Source of the DNA: an uncultured Candidatus Saccharibacteria bacterium
Lineage (GTDB): Bacteria > Patescibacteriota > Minisyncoccia > Minisyncoccales > CAYTKG01
Direction: 5' to 3'
DNA: 26,105 bases
Assembly: GCA_964539465.1 (NCBI GenBank)
Contig: CAZIIL010000001.1
Coordinates: 1-26,105 of the forward strand
The notes beneath the pieces were generated by a model. The model made no database searches. It saw only the letters and a list, made by a program, of their open reading frames with translations, and was not told the origin of the DNA. Positions 16,705 to 23,521 of the stretch are shown piece after piece (position 1 is the first letter of the stretch; every line of letters begins with the position of its first letter). The position numbers were made by a program, and so were the translations under genes.

Positions 16705-17427
16705 ATGGATAAGGATTATGCTCAATATCTGGTTTCTAAGACCTGCCTTGATTATAACTTGATTGCTTCCGAGTTTTCAAACAAAAGAAGTTTTCTTTGG
16801 AAAGAACTGAATTATTTTAGACAATTCTGTTCGGATGGCGACCGTATTTTAGATATTGGTTGTGGGAATGGAAGATTATTAGAGCTTTTTGACGGATTAA
16901 AGGTAGATTATATTGGGCTTGATAACTCAGAAAAATTAATAGCCATAGCAAGAAAAATCAGAGACAGTAGGGGGGAAAACAGCTCTGTGGAGTTCGTTGT
17001 TGGGGACGGCTTGAATCTGCTGTTTGATGCTTGCCATTTTGACAAGGTTTTCTCAATAGCCGCCTTTCATCACATACCTTCAAGAAATTTTAGGTTAAGA
17101 TTTTTAAAGGAAGCAAAAAGGGTGCTCAAACCTCAAGGTTTACTTGTGTTAACGGTCTGGAATCTTTGGCAAATAGCATTTTTGAAATATCACTTTAAAC
17201 ATCTGCTTCTAAAGATTTTTTGTAAATCAAGATTGGACTTTAAAGATATTCTTTATCCCTGGAAAGACCAAACAGGAAGCCCTTTTATCCAAAGATATCT
17301 GCATTGTTTTACAAAAAGAGAGTTGGAAAGATTGGTTAAAGAGGCTGGTTTTCAAATTAAGGAAGTAGGGTTCTTGGGGGAGAACAAGAGAAATATTTAT
17401 TTAGTTGCAGCAGCCCCCACAGCTTAA
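16705..17427 (+). CDS. Class I SAM-dependent methyltransferase, Trm9/ALKBH8-like
   Basis: YNLIA.EFS, ILDIGCGNGR, GLDNSEKL, SIAAFHHIPS...RL..LKE.KRVLKP.G.L.LTVW, RYLHCF...EL. Confidence 0.75.
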   Translation: MDKDYAQYLVSKTCLDYNLIASEFSNKRSFLWKELNYFRQFCSDGDRILDIGCGNGRLLELFDGLKVDYIGLDNSEKLIAIARKIRDSRGENSSVEFVVGDGLNLLFDACHFDKVFSIAAFHHIPSRNFRLRFLKEAKRVLKPQGLLVLTVWNLWQIAFLKYHFKHLLLKIFCKSRLDFKDILYPWKDQTGSPFIQRYLHCFTKRELERLVKEAGFQIKEVGFLGENKRNIYLVAAAPTA

Positions 17428-17447
17428 TGGACCCTGCGCTAAAATTT

Positions 17448-17519
17448 GTCCCTGTAGTCCAATGGATAGAACATCGGCCTCCGGAGCCGAAGATGCGCGT
17501 TCGAATCGCGCCAGGGACA
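17448..17519 (+). tRNA. tRNA-Arg (anticodon CCG), CCA not encoded
   Basis: Acceptor GTCCCTG/CAGGGAC, anticodon arm TCGGC-CTCCGGA-GCCGA, T-arm GCGCG-TTCGAAT-CGCGC. Confidence 0.96.
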
Positions 17520-17520
17520 C

Positions 17521-17668
17521 ATAGGACACATAGGAAAAAATAGGACGAATAAGAAAAATAGGACATATAGGACCGATAGGACCAATACGCCCGCCGAAGA
17601 AGCGGGGAAGAGCCAGCCCGCGCAGCGGAACTTTACTCCGCTTTGCTCTGGGGAGCGTCGGGCAACGC
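17521..17668 (+). repeat. Mosaic element with the longest 9-mer array (7 units), abutting the tRNA 3' end
   Basis: ATAGGACAC, ATAGGAAAA(A), ATAGGACGA, ATAAGAAAA, ATAGGACAT, ATAGGACCG, ATAGGACCA, then ATACGC, CCGCCGAAGAAGCGG, GCCAGCCCGC, GCGGAACTTTACTCCGC. Confidence 0.92.
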
Positions 17669-17670
17669 AT

Positions 17671-17698
17671 TTGACAAATCCTTTTTTAGCAGTAAAAT
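17671..17698 (+). promoter_or_regulatory. Sigma70 promoter
   Basis: TTGACA-16 nt-TAAAAT; predicted start near G17705. Confidence 0.65.
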
Positions 17699-17704
17699 AG
17701 TTTT

Positions 17705-17837
17705 GAGGGAGTGAGGGGGCAGTGTCCTCCAAAGGCAATAATGCTGACAAGTAAATATTGCCGGGTGCGCGTATAATTGGGATATTGCTTATTCCAAGGC
17801 CCAAGGCCCGGCGCTGTTTACCAAGCTAAACTCCCTT
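17705..17837 (+). ncRNA. Candidate structured small non-coding RNA, family unassigned
   Basis: GC-rich ORF-less stretch between a consensus promoter and a strong terminator; 5' and 3' ends pair; internal hairpins present. Confidence 0.5.
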
Positions 17838-17873
17838 CCCCAGCACATAAGACCTATGTGCTGGGTTGTTTTT
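17838..17873 (+). terminator. Intrinsic terminator
   Basis: CCCAGCACATA-AGACC-TATGTGCTGGG followed by TTGTTTTT. Confidence 0.8.
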
Positions 17874-17923
17874 GACAATGTTATTGGGTTATAATGAAAA
17901 AAGATTAACAAAATTTCTAAATA

Positions 17924-18532
17924 ATGAAAAGCAATAAATTTAAATATAAGATAGCTGTGTCTGGGGCAGAGGCGACAGGCCATTGCAGTAAAGATGCCGC
18001 TGAAAGAGCAAGGGAGATTGGGAGGCAGATTGTCAAACATAAAGGAGTGCTTCTTACTGGCGCTTGCTGGGGCATGCCATACGAAGCCGCGACTGGGACC
18101 GAAGAGGCAGGGGGAATTTCTATAGGCGTGTCGCCAGCCATTTCGGAGAAAGACCATTATGAACAGTTTAAAATGCCCACCGATAACTTTGACCTGATAT
18201 TCTATACTGGCTATGGTTTTTCAGCCAGAAATGTTTGGCTGATGCGGATGGCTGACGCTGTTATCTTTATCTGCGGCCGAATGGGCACATTAAACGAATT
18301 TACTATCTGCTTTGAGGATGATAGGTTAATAGGCATTTTAGAAGGAAGCGGCGGCACAGCTGATATTATAAGGAACATAGTCAGCAATACCCATAAGGGT
18401 CCTGGGAAGATTATTTATGAGAAAGACCCCAAAAAATTAGTAGAAAAGATTTGTCATGCCATTGACAAAGAAAAGAAAGAAATGGAGGTCTATTTCGAGG
18501 TTCAAAAATTCATCAAGGGTCGCAAGTTTTAA
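17924..18532 (+). CDS. LOG/SLOG-family Rossmann-fold protein (TIGR00725-like)
   Basis: IAVSGA, AREIGRQI, LLTGACWGMP, SIGVSP, RNVWLMRMADAVIFICGRMGTLNEF. Confidence 0.8.
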   Translation: MKSNKFKYKIAVSGAEATGHCSKDAAERAREIGRQIVKHKGVLLTGACWGMPYEAATGTEEAGGISIGVSPAISEKDHYEQFKMPTDNFDLIFYTGYGFSARNVWLMRMADAVIFICGRMGTLNEFTICFEDDRLIGILEGSGGTADIIRNIVSNTHKGPGKIIYEKDPKKLVEKICHAIDKEKKEMEVYFEVQKFIKGRKF

Positions 18533-18563
18533 TAAAAAGGTCGTAAATTTTAGGTTAAATTTT

Positions 18564-18839
18564 ATGTCTCAAGAAAACAATAAACTTGAAGAGTGGAAAT
18601 TAATCGGCAAGGTAACCCATTACTTTGATAAAGCAGGAGTAGCTGTGCTTGAACTTTCTTCTATTCTAAAACAAGGAGAGACCATTAGGATTGTGGGAGG
18701 GATAGATACTGATTTCGAGCAAGTAGTTAAGTCCATGGAAATAGAACATGAAAAGATAGAAACAGCGAAGAAAGGAGATATTATCGGCTTAAAAGCAAAA
18801 GAGAAGGTGAGAGAGGGCTACAAGGTCTATAAGAAGTAG
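18564..18839 (+). CDS. Small beta-barrel protein, translation elongation factor domain II-like
   Basis: LIGKVTHYFDKAGVAVLEL..LKQGETI.I.G..TDFEQ.V.SMEIEH..IE.AKKGD.IGLK; start at ATG 18564. Confidence 0.75.
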   Translation: MSQENNKLEEWKLIGKVTHYFDKAGVAVLELSSILKQGETIRIVGGIDTDFEQVVKSMEIEHEKIETAKKGDIIGLKAKEKVREGYKVYKK

Positions 18840-18970
18840 GGTGGCAGGATACAGTTTGTTTATTTAGACCCCTTTACATGGAAATCTCGCCACAAAAAGG
18901 TTGCTATGTAAAGAGTCCATAGATAATGCCTTGAGGGCTTTAAGCCCGGGCAGGCATTAGTTTCTTTAGA

Positions 18971-19303
18971 ATGACAAAAAAGAGATGGCCAGAGGAGATT
19001 TATCAAAGGGTTAGCATCCCGGATCTGATTTTGGTTTCTCTTTTGTCTTTAGAAGCTTCAGGCAAGAAGATTAATTTTGAAGAATTGCTAAAACAGTGCT
19101 TTGACCTATTCCCTCGCAGATTTAGTTTTTCAAAAATGAAATGGCCGGATGCCAGAAAGATTGACCGACCCCTGAGAATGCTTCGAGTTCAGAACCTGAT
19201 TAGGAATAGGTCCGAGACCGTTCTTGTTCTTACCAATAAGGGCAAAAAAAAGGCATTAAGCGCAATGAACCTTCTTCGGCAAAAGAAATTAAAGTTGAGA
19301 TGA
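18971..19303 (+). CDS. Hypothetical basic protein, possible winged helix
   Basis: DLILVSL...INFEELLKQCFDLFP..FSF..MKWPDARKIDRPLR.LR...LI......LTNKGKKKA has a wHTH-like ending. Confidence 0.55.
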   Translation: MTKKRWPEEIYQRVSIPDLILVSLLSLEASGKKINFEELLKQCFDLFPRRFSFSKMKWPDARKIDRPLRMLRVQNLIRNRSETVLVLTNKGKKKALSAMNLLRQKKLKLR

Positions 19304-19374
19304 AGAATAATGCAAGAGGATAGCCACAGCGGCGGCTTAAGCTCTTCTCGGCATCTTATTAAATTTAGATTTTT

Positions 19375-20421
19375 ATGGACGAGCAACATCTTTTAGAGAT
19401 TTCTTGGGGGACAATCCTGAAACTTGCAACCGCCTTTTTCTGTTTCTATCTTATCTTTTTAATAAAAGACATCCTGATATTGTCTTTATTTGGTTTAGTT
19501 ATCTCTATTTTATTTGAGGTGCCTATTCGGCGGTTAGCAAAAAAGGTGCCGCGGGGCTTGGCTGTCGCCTTTCTTTATGTTTTGGTTTTTTCGATTCTTG
19601 TGTTTTTGATATATCTTCCAGCATCCAGGATTGTTTCTGAAATCCGCAATTTTATTAAACTATTCCCTGTTTACTTTGAAGAACTTTCTCCACCCCTAAG
19701 AGGATTAGGACTTGAGGCGTTTAAGGATATAGAGAGCTTTGTTGATATGTTAGAAAGATTGGTTCAGATGATGACCTCGAACATCCTTAATGTTTTGTTT
19801 TCTATCTTTGGCGGAATTGCTTCAACTATTTTTGTTGTCTCGGTTGCCATTTTTCTTTCCCTGGAAGGAAAGACAATAGAAGATAACATTATCCTTTTCT
19901 TTTCTCAGAGCGATAAAAAGTTTGTAAGGGCTCTCTGGCGAAGATGCCAGAAAAAGGTTGGTCTTTGGTTTGTAAAAACTATCATGGGCTGTCTTTTTGT
20001 CGGTTTGAGCTCTTATCTGGGGTTTCTGGTTTTAGGAGTGAACTATCCCCTTTCTCTTGCCGCAATGGGAGGGGCATTTAATTTTGTTCCTAACTTGGGG
20101 GCTGCCTTGGCAAGTTTTCTGATTTTTATCATACTTTCTCTGGATTCTGTGTCAGCGGCGCTCTTTGCTTTAGTAATATATATTATTGTCCAACAGATTG
20201 AAAATAATATTATCAGCCCCCTTCTAAGCAAGAAATTGGTTGGTCTTTCTCCAACTCTTGTTCTGATTGGCTTAGCCGCTGGTGGGAAATTATTTGGTAT
20301 TATCGGCGCAATCCTCACAGTGCCTTTATTGGGAATTATTGTTGAATTTGGCAGGGGCTTATTGCAGAAAAAAAGAGAAGCCGAAGCCGAAGCCAAAGCT
20401 GAAGCCGAAGCCATAGTGTAA
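19375..20421 (+). CDS. AI-2E (PerM) family transporter
   Basis: Multi-TM; FNFVPNLG, IVQQIENNIISPLL.KKLVGLSP.LVLIGL..GG.LFGIIGAIL.VP. Confidence 0.88.
   Translation: MDEQHLLEISWGTILKLATAFFCFYLIFLIKDILILSLFGLVISILFEVPIRRLAKKVPRGLAVAFLYVLVFSILVFLIYLPASRIVSEIRNFIKLFPVYFEELSPPLRGLGLEAFKDIESFVDMLERLVQMMTSNILNVLFSIFGGIASTIFVVSVAIFLSLEGKTIEDNIILFFSQSDKKFVRALWRRCQKKVGLWFVKTIMGCLFVGLSSYLGFLVLGVNYPLSLAAMGGAFNFVPNLGAALASFLIFIILSLDSVSAALFALVIYIIVQQIENNIISPLLSKKLVGLSPTLVLIGLAAGGKLFGIIGAILTVPLLGIIVEFGRGLLQKKREAEAEAKAEAEAIV
20377..20412 (+). repeat. Coding hexamer tandem repeat (GAAGCC)n
   Basis: Six units, one variant (AAAGCT), encoding EAEAEAKAEAEA. Confidence 0.85.
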
Positions 20422-20449
20422 TTATTCCGAAAATTAATGTTTAAACGAT

Positions 20450-21922
20450 ATGACAAAGAGATTCTATGTCACCACAGCAATAGATTATGTTAATGCTCCT
20501 CCCCATATAGGCCATGCTCTAGAGAAGATACAAGCGGATGTATTGGCAAGGTATCATCGTTTTTTGAAAGAGGATGTTTTTTTTCTAACCGGTACGGATG
20601 ATAATGCTCAAAAGAATGTGCAGGCGGCTGATAAACAAGGACTTCCCATACAGGAATTCACCAATAGAAACGCAGCGGTTTTTAAAGAAATGGGAAAACT
20701 CTTAAATGTATCTAACAACGACTTTATCCGAACCAGCAGCAAGTCCGAACATTGGCCAGGGGTAGTTAAACTCTGGCAGGAATGTCAAAAAGCAGGCGAT
20801 ATTTATCAAAAAGAATATTCGGGACTTTATTGCTTGGGGTGCGAGGCATTTATAACGGAAAAGGACCTGGAAAACGGGCTTTGCCCAGAACACCTGAAAG
20901 CGCCGGAGCGGGTTTCTGAGAAGAACTATTTTTTTCGTCTTTCAAGATATCAAGACAAATTAAAGAGATTAATTAAAAGCGATAAATTAAGGATTGTTCC
21001 AGAGAAAAGAAAGAATGAAACCCTAAAGTTTATTGAGTCGGGCTTGGAGGATTTCAGCGTTTCGCGGCCAGCCGAACGGATGAAAAACTGGGGCATTCCT
21101 GTCCCCGGCGATAATAGCCAGATTATCTATGTCTGGTATGACGCCCTAAGCAACTATATTACTGGCTTGGGCTATGGAAGAAAGGACAATAAATTATTTA
21201 AAAGATTCTGGCCAGCCGATGTCCATGTTATAGGCAAGGGAATTCTGCGTTTCCATGCGGTTTTTTGGCCTGCTATGATACTTTCTACTGGATTAGAATT
21301 GCCTCGGACAATATTTGTTCATGACTATATCACTGTTGGTGGGCAAAAGATGTCAAAGACAATAGGAAACATTATTAACCCTATTGAGTTGGTAGAGAAA
21401 TATGGGACAGACCCTGTCAGATATTTTTTCCTAAGGGAGTTTTCTCCCTTCCAAGATGGAGATTTTTCCTACAAGCGATTGGAAGATAGATATAATTCTG
21501 ATTTAGCAAAAGGGTTAGGAAATTTGACGGCCAGGATTCTAACAATGGCTCAAAAAACATTTACGGAAAGTGTTAAGTATAACCCCGATTCTCAATTTAA
21601 GAGTTTATTTGAAAAAACTACAAAACAGATAGGACAGCATATGCAGAACTTTCGTTTTAATGATGCTGTAGCCGCTGTCTGGCAGTTGATAGGATTCTGC
21701 GATAGATATATTGAGAAAGAGCGACCATGGGAAGAAGGAAAAGAACAGGCGCTCAATAATCTGCTTGCCGCTTTATCCCACATTGCTTTAAGTCTGCAGC
21801 CGTTTTTGCCAGGTACTTCAGAAAAGATTTTTAAACAATTGGGGATAAAGAATAAAAGCAAACCATTATTATTCAGGGTTGGAAAAGGTGAGTCACTATT
21901 TCCCCGCTTGGAAAAGGAATAG
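20450..21922 (+). CDS. metG: Methionine--tRNA ligase (short form)
   Basis: FYVTTAIDYVNAPPHIGH, TGTDDNAQK, YCLGCE, CPEH, YVWYDAL, GKGILRFH, KMSKT. Confidence 0.97.
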   Translation: MTKRFYVTTAIDYVNAPPHIGHALEKIQADVLARYHRFLKEDVFFLTGTDDNAQKNVQAADKQGLPIQEFTNRNAAVFKEMGKLLNVSNNDFIRTSSKSEHWPGVVKLWQECQKAGDIYQKEYSGLYCLGCEAFITEKDLENGLCPEHLKAPERVSEKNYFFRLSRYQDKLKRLIKSDKLRIVPEKRKNETLKFIESGLEDFSVSRPAERMKNWGIPVPGDNSQIIYVWYDALSNYITGLGYGRKDNKLFKRFWPADVHVIGKGILRFHAVFWPAMILSTGLELPRTIFVHDYITVGGQKMSKTIGNIINPIELVEKYGTDPVRYFFLREFSPFQDGDFSYKRLEDRYNSDLAKGLGNLTARILTMAQKTFTESVKYNPDSQFKSLFEKTTKQIGQHMQNFRFNDAVAAVWQLIGFCDRYIEKERPWEEGKEQALNNLLAALSHIALSLQPFLPGTSEKIFKQLGIKNKSKPLLFRVGKGESLFPRLEKE

Positions 21923-21987
21923 GATACATAGGACCAAATAGGATTAATACGCCGCAAGGCAAAGTGAAACTTTGCCTTGCGGCGTAT
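21918..21987 (+). repeat. Mosaic element with a perfect 19-bp hairpin
   Basis: 9-mer-like units followed by ATACGCCGCAAGGCAAAGT-GAA-ACTTTGCCTTGCGGCGTAT. Confidence 0.92.
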
Positions 21988-22023
21988 GTAATTGTTCAAT
22001 CTTCCAGATTAAACAATTGGAGA

Positions 22024-22075
22024 TATTGCTTTTTCGGCAGATTTGTGTTATAAGGGCACAATGTTGCTCTTTACT
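22024..22075 (+). promoter_or_regulatory. Duplicated promoter/leader, copy 1
   Basis: TTGCTT-17 nt-TATAAG; 47/52 identical to 22595-22646; followed by AGGAGGTGA. Confidence 0.75.
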
Positions 22076-22090
22076 TTAGGAGGTGAAGAC

Positions 22091-22510
22091 ATGAAGAGGT
22101 TTTTCTTGCTCGAAGTTTCTTTACTGATTCTTGCTTGTGGACTCTTCGCCGCTGGCGCGGTGGCTGAGCCCGCTCTTCCTGCTCCTGTTTCCGCTCCTGT
22201 CCTCGCTCTTCCCCCATCTCCTGTTCTTCCTCTCCCCGTTCCTTTTACCTCTCCTCTTTCTACTCCTACTTCTACCCAAGAGCTCCGCATCAAGTATCTT
22301 CAATACGATGAACAGGGCATCGCCATCCTGGAAGTGACAGTCGATGGTGGAGAGATAAAGACAGTAGGGCTTCTTGAGGGTCGTCCCGTCCGTATCCAAA
22401 TCTGGAACGCGGACGGAGAGGTCATCAAGGACATCTACTTTCTCCTATTAGAGGATGGGAACATCTACTATAAGGAGAAAAAGGAGGACGAATGGACAAG
22501 TTTGGCTTAG
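22091..22510 (+). CDS. Secreted hypothetical protein with Pro-rich linker
   Basis: SD AGGAGGTGA then ATG 22091; signal-peptide-like MKRFFLLEVSLLILACGLFAAGAVA; Pro/Ser/Thr linker; acidic beta-rich C-domain. Confidence 0.75.
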   Translation: MKRFFLLEVSLLILACGLFAAGAVAEPALPAPVSAPVLALPPSPVLPLPVPFTSPLSTPTSTQELRIKYLQYDEQGIAILEVTVDGGEIKTVGLLEGRPVRIQIWNADGEVIKDIYFLLLEDGNIYYKEKKEDEWTSLA

Positions 22511-22519
22511 GTCTGGCTT

Positions 22520-22544
22520 AGGGGACGCTTCGGCGTCCCTTTTG
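22520..22544 (+). terminator. Intrinsic terminator
   Basis: AGGGGACGC-TTCG-GCGTCCCTT followed by T-run. Confidence 0.8.
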
Positions 22545-22594
22545 TATTTGGGTGTTGTGTAACGAGGTCAGACCTTGTTACAGTGCCTTGAGGG

Positions 22595-22646
22595 TATTGC
22601 TTTTTCGGCAGATTTGTGGTATAAGAATACAATATTGCTCTTTACT
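22595..22646 (+). promoter_or_regulatory. Duplicated promoter/leader, copy 2
   Basis: TTGCTT-17 nt-TATAAG with extended TG; 47/52 identical to copy 1. Confidence 0.75.
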
Positions 22647-22670
22647 ATAGTTCACCTTAGGAGGTGAGAA

Positions 22671-23276
22671 GTGAAAAAAAGAATGTTCTTCTTGGTAGGA
22701 CTCTTGCTGGTTGGTGGCGGGCTTTTAGCGCTTGGATTCGCCGCCGAGCCATCCCATGCTCTCGCTTCTATGTCCATTGGGGACACAGAGATAGAAGAGC
22801 TCTATTACCAGTTCCGGGCGGACTGGCAAGACCAGCCAGACGGGGAAGAAGATGTCTGGCAGGTCTCTGCAGAAATGCGGGGGGATTGCGAGGACTTTGT
22901 TCTTACTTTCTCCACCCAACTGCCTTCTTATTATGAATCGTTTCTCGTTCGCATGGAAGTAGAAACGATTCATCAATTCCTTGGTATTCAGTTGGGCAGG
23001 AAAAGTAGCGGCCACATTGCTGCTATCCTGTTTAACACCCAAACAGGAGAGATTTGGGTGTTAGACAATGATTGGATAGTGGGTCTCCGTGGCCCCTTCC
23101 CTCCAGGCCTGATTGGCTCCTCTTCCCCTGCTGTCATGGCTCTGAGACAGGGACAAGAAGAAGGACAAACAGGGTTTCTTTCTCGGAAGAGAGAAGTAAC
23201 AAGGATACAAATTTCCCTTTTTACACTGGAAAGGGAAGTTTTCCGGGAAGACAACAGTGTGCTTTGGCAAAAATGA
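22671..23276 (+). CDS. Exported transglutaminase-like cysteine protease (BTLCP/LapG-like)
   Basis: Signal peptide, then GDCEDF, GHIAAIL and WVLDN: Cys-His-Asp order and motifs as in BTLCP. Confidence 0.65.
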   Translation: MKKRMFFLVGLLLVGGGLLALGFAAEPSHALASMSIGDTEIEELYYQFRADWQDQPDGEEDVWQVSAEMRGDCEDFVLTFSTQLPSYYESFLVRMEVETIHQFLGIQLGRKSSGHIAAILFNTQTGEIWVLDNDWIVGLRGPFPPGLIGSSSPAVMALRQGQEEGQTGFLSRKREVTRIQISLFTLEREVFREDNSVLWQK

Positions 23277-23305
23277 CCCCACAGATTTATCGTGGGGTCT
23301 TTGCT
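23275..23305 (+). terminator. Terminator-like hairpin
   Basis: GACCCCAC-AGATTTATC-GTGGGGTC followed by TTTGCTTTT. Confidence 0.55.
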
Positions 23306-23325
23306 TTTGAGAGATGGGCTGGTTT

Positions 23326-23365
23326 CTCCTCCGCCAGGCGGAGGAGGGCAGGGCAGGGCAGGGCT
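23326..23365. repeat. 10-bp palindrome plus GGGCA x3
   Basis: CTCCTCCGCC-A-GGCGGAGGAG followed by three GGGCA units. Confidence 0.7.
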
Positions 23366-23468
23366 TTGCTCTAATAGGCCCATGGAAAACTCTGTCAAGA
23401 ACAGTTCTGGACAGAGTTTATGTAGATAGGAACGAGATCAGATTTCGTTGCAGCAATGTTTTATAGGG

Positions 23469-23497
23469 TTGAATTCTGTATCTCAAAGGGCTACAAT
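23469..23497 (+). promoter_or_regulatory. Sigma70 promoter candidate for leuS
   Basis: TTGAAT-17 nt-TACAAT. Confidence 0.55.
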
Positions 23498-23521
23498 AAA
23501 ACCACGGTATAACTGCTATCT

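Noticed and set aside
17521-17590. 9-mer tandem array as a CRISPR array
   Set aside because: Units are only 9 nt, there are no unique spacers and no cas genes are present.
17401-17804. Minus-strand ORFs over the tRNA, repeat and ncRNA region
   Set aside because: Translations merely read through repeats and RNA genes.
17705-17840. Minus-strand tRNA-like reading (GGGAGTTTAGCTTGGTAAACAGC...)
   Set aside because: No TTC T-loop, and promoter and terminator polarity favour a plus-strand transcript.
22558-22582. Integron attC site between the two cassettes
   Set aside because: Too short, lacks RYYYAAC/GTTRRRY cores with extrahelical bases, and no integrase is present.
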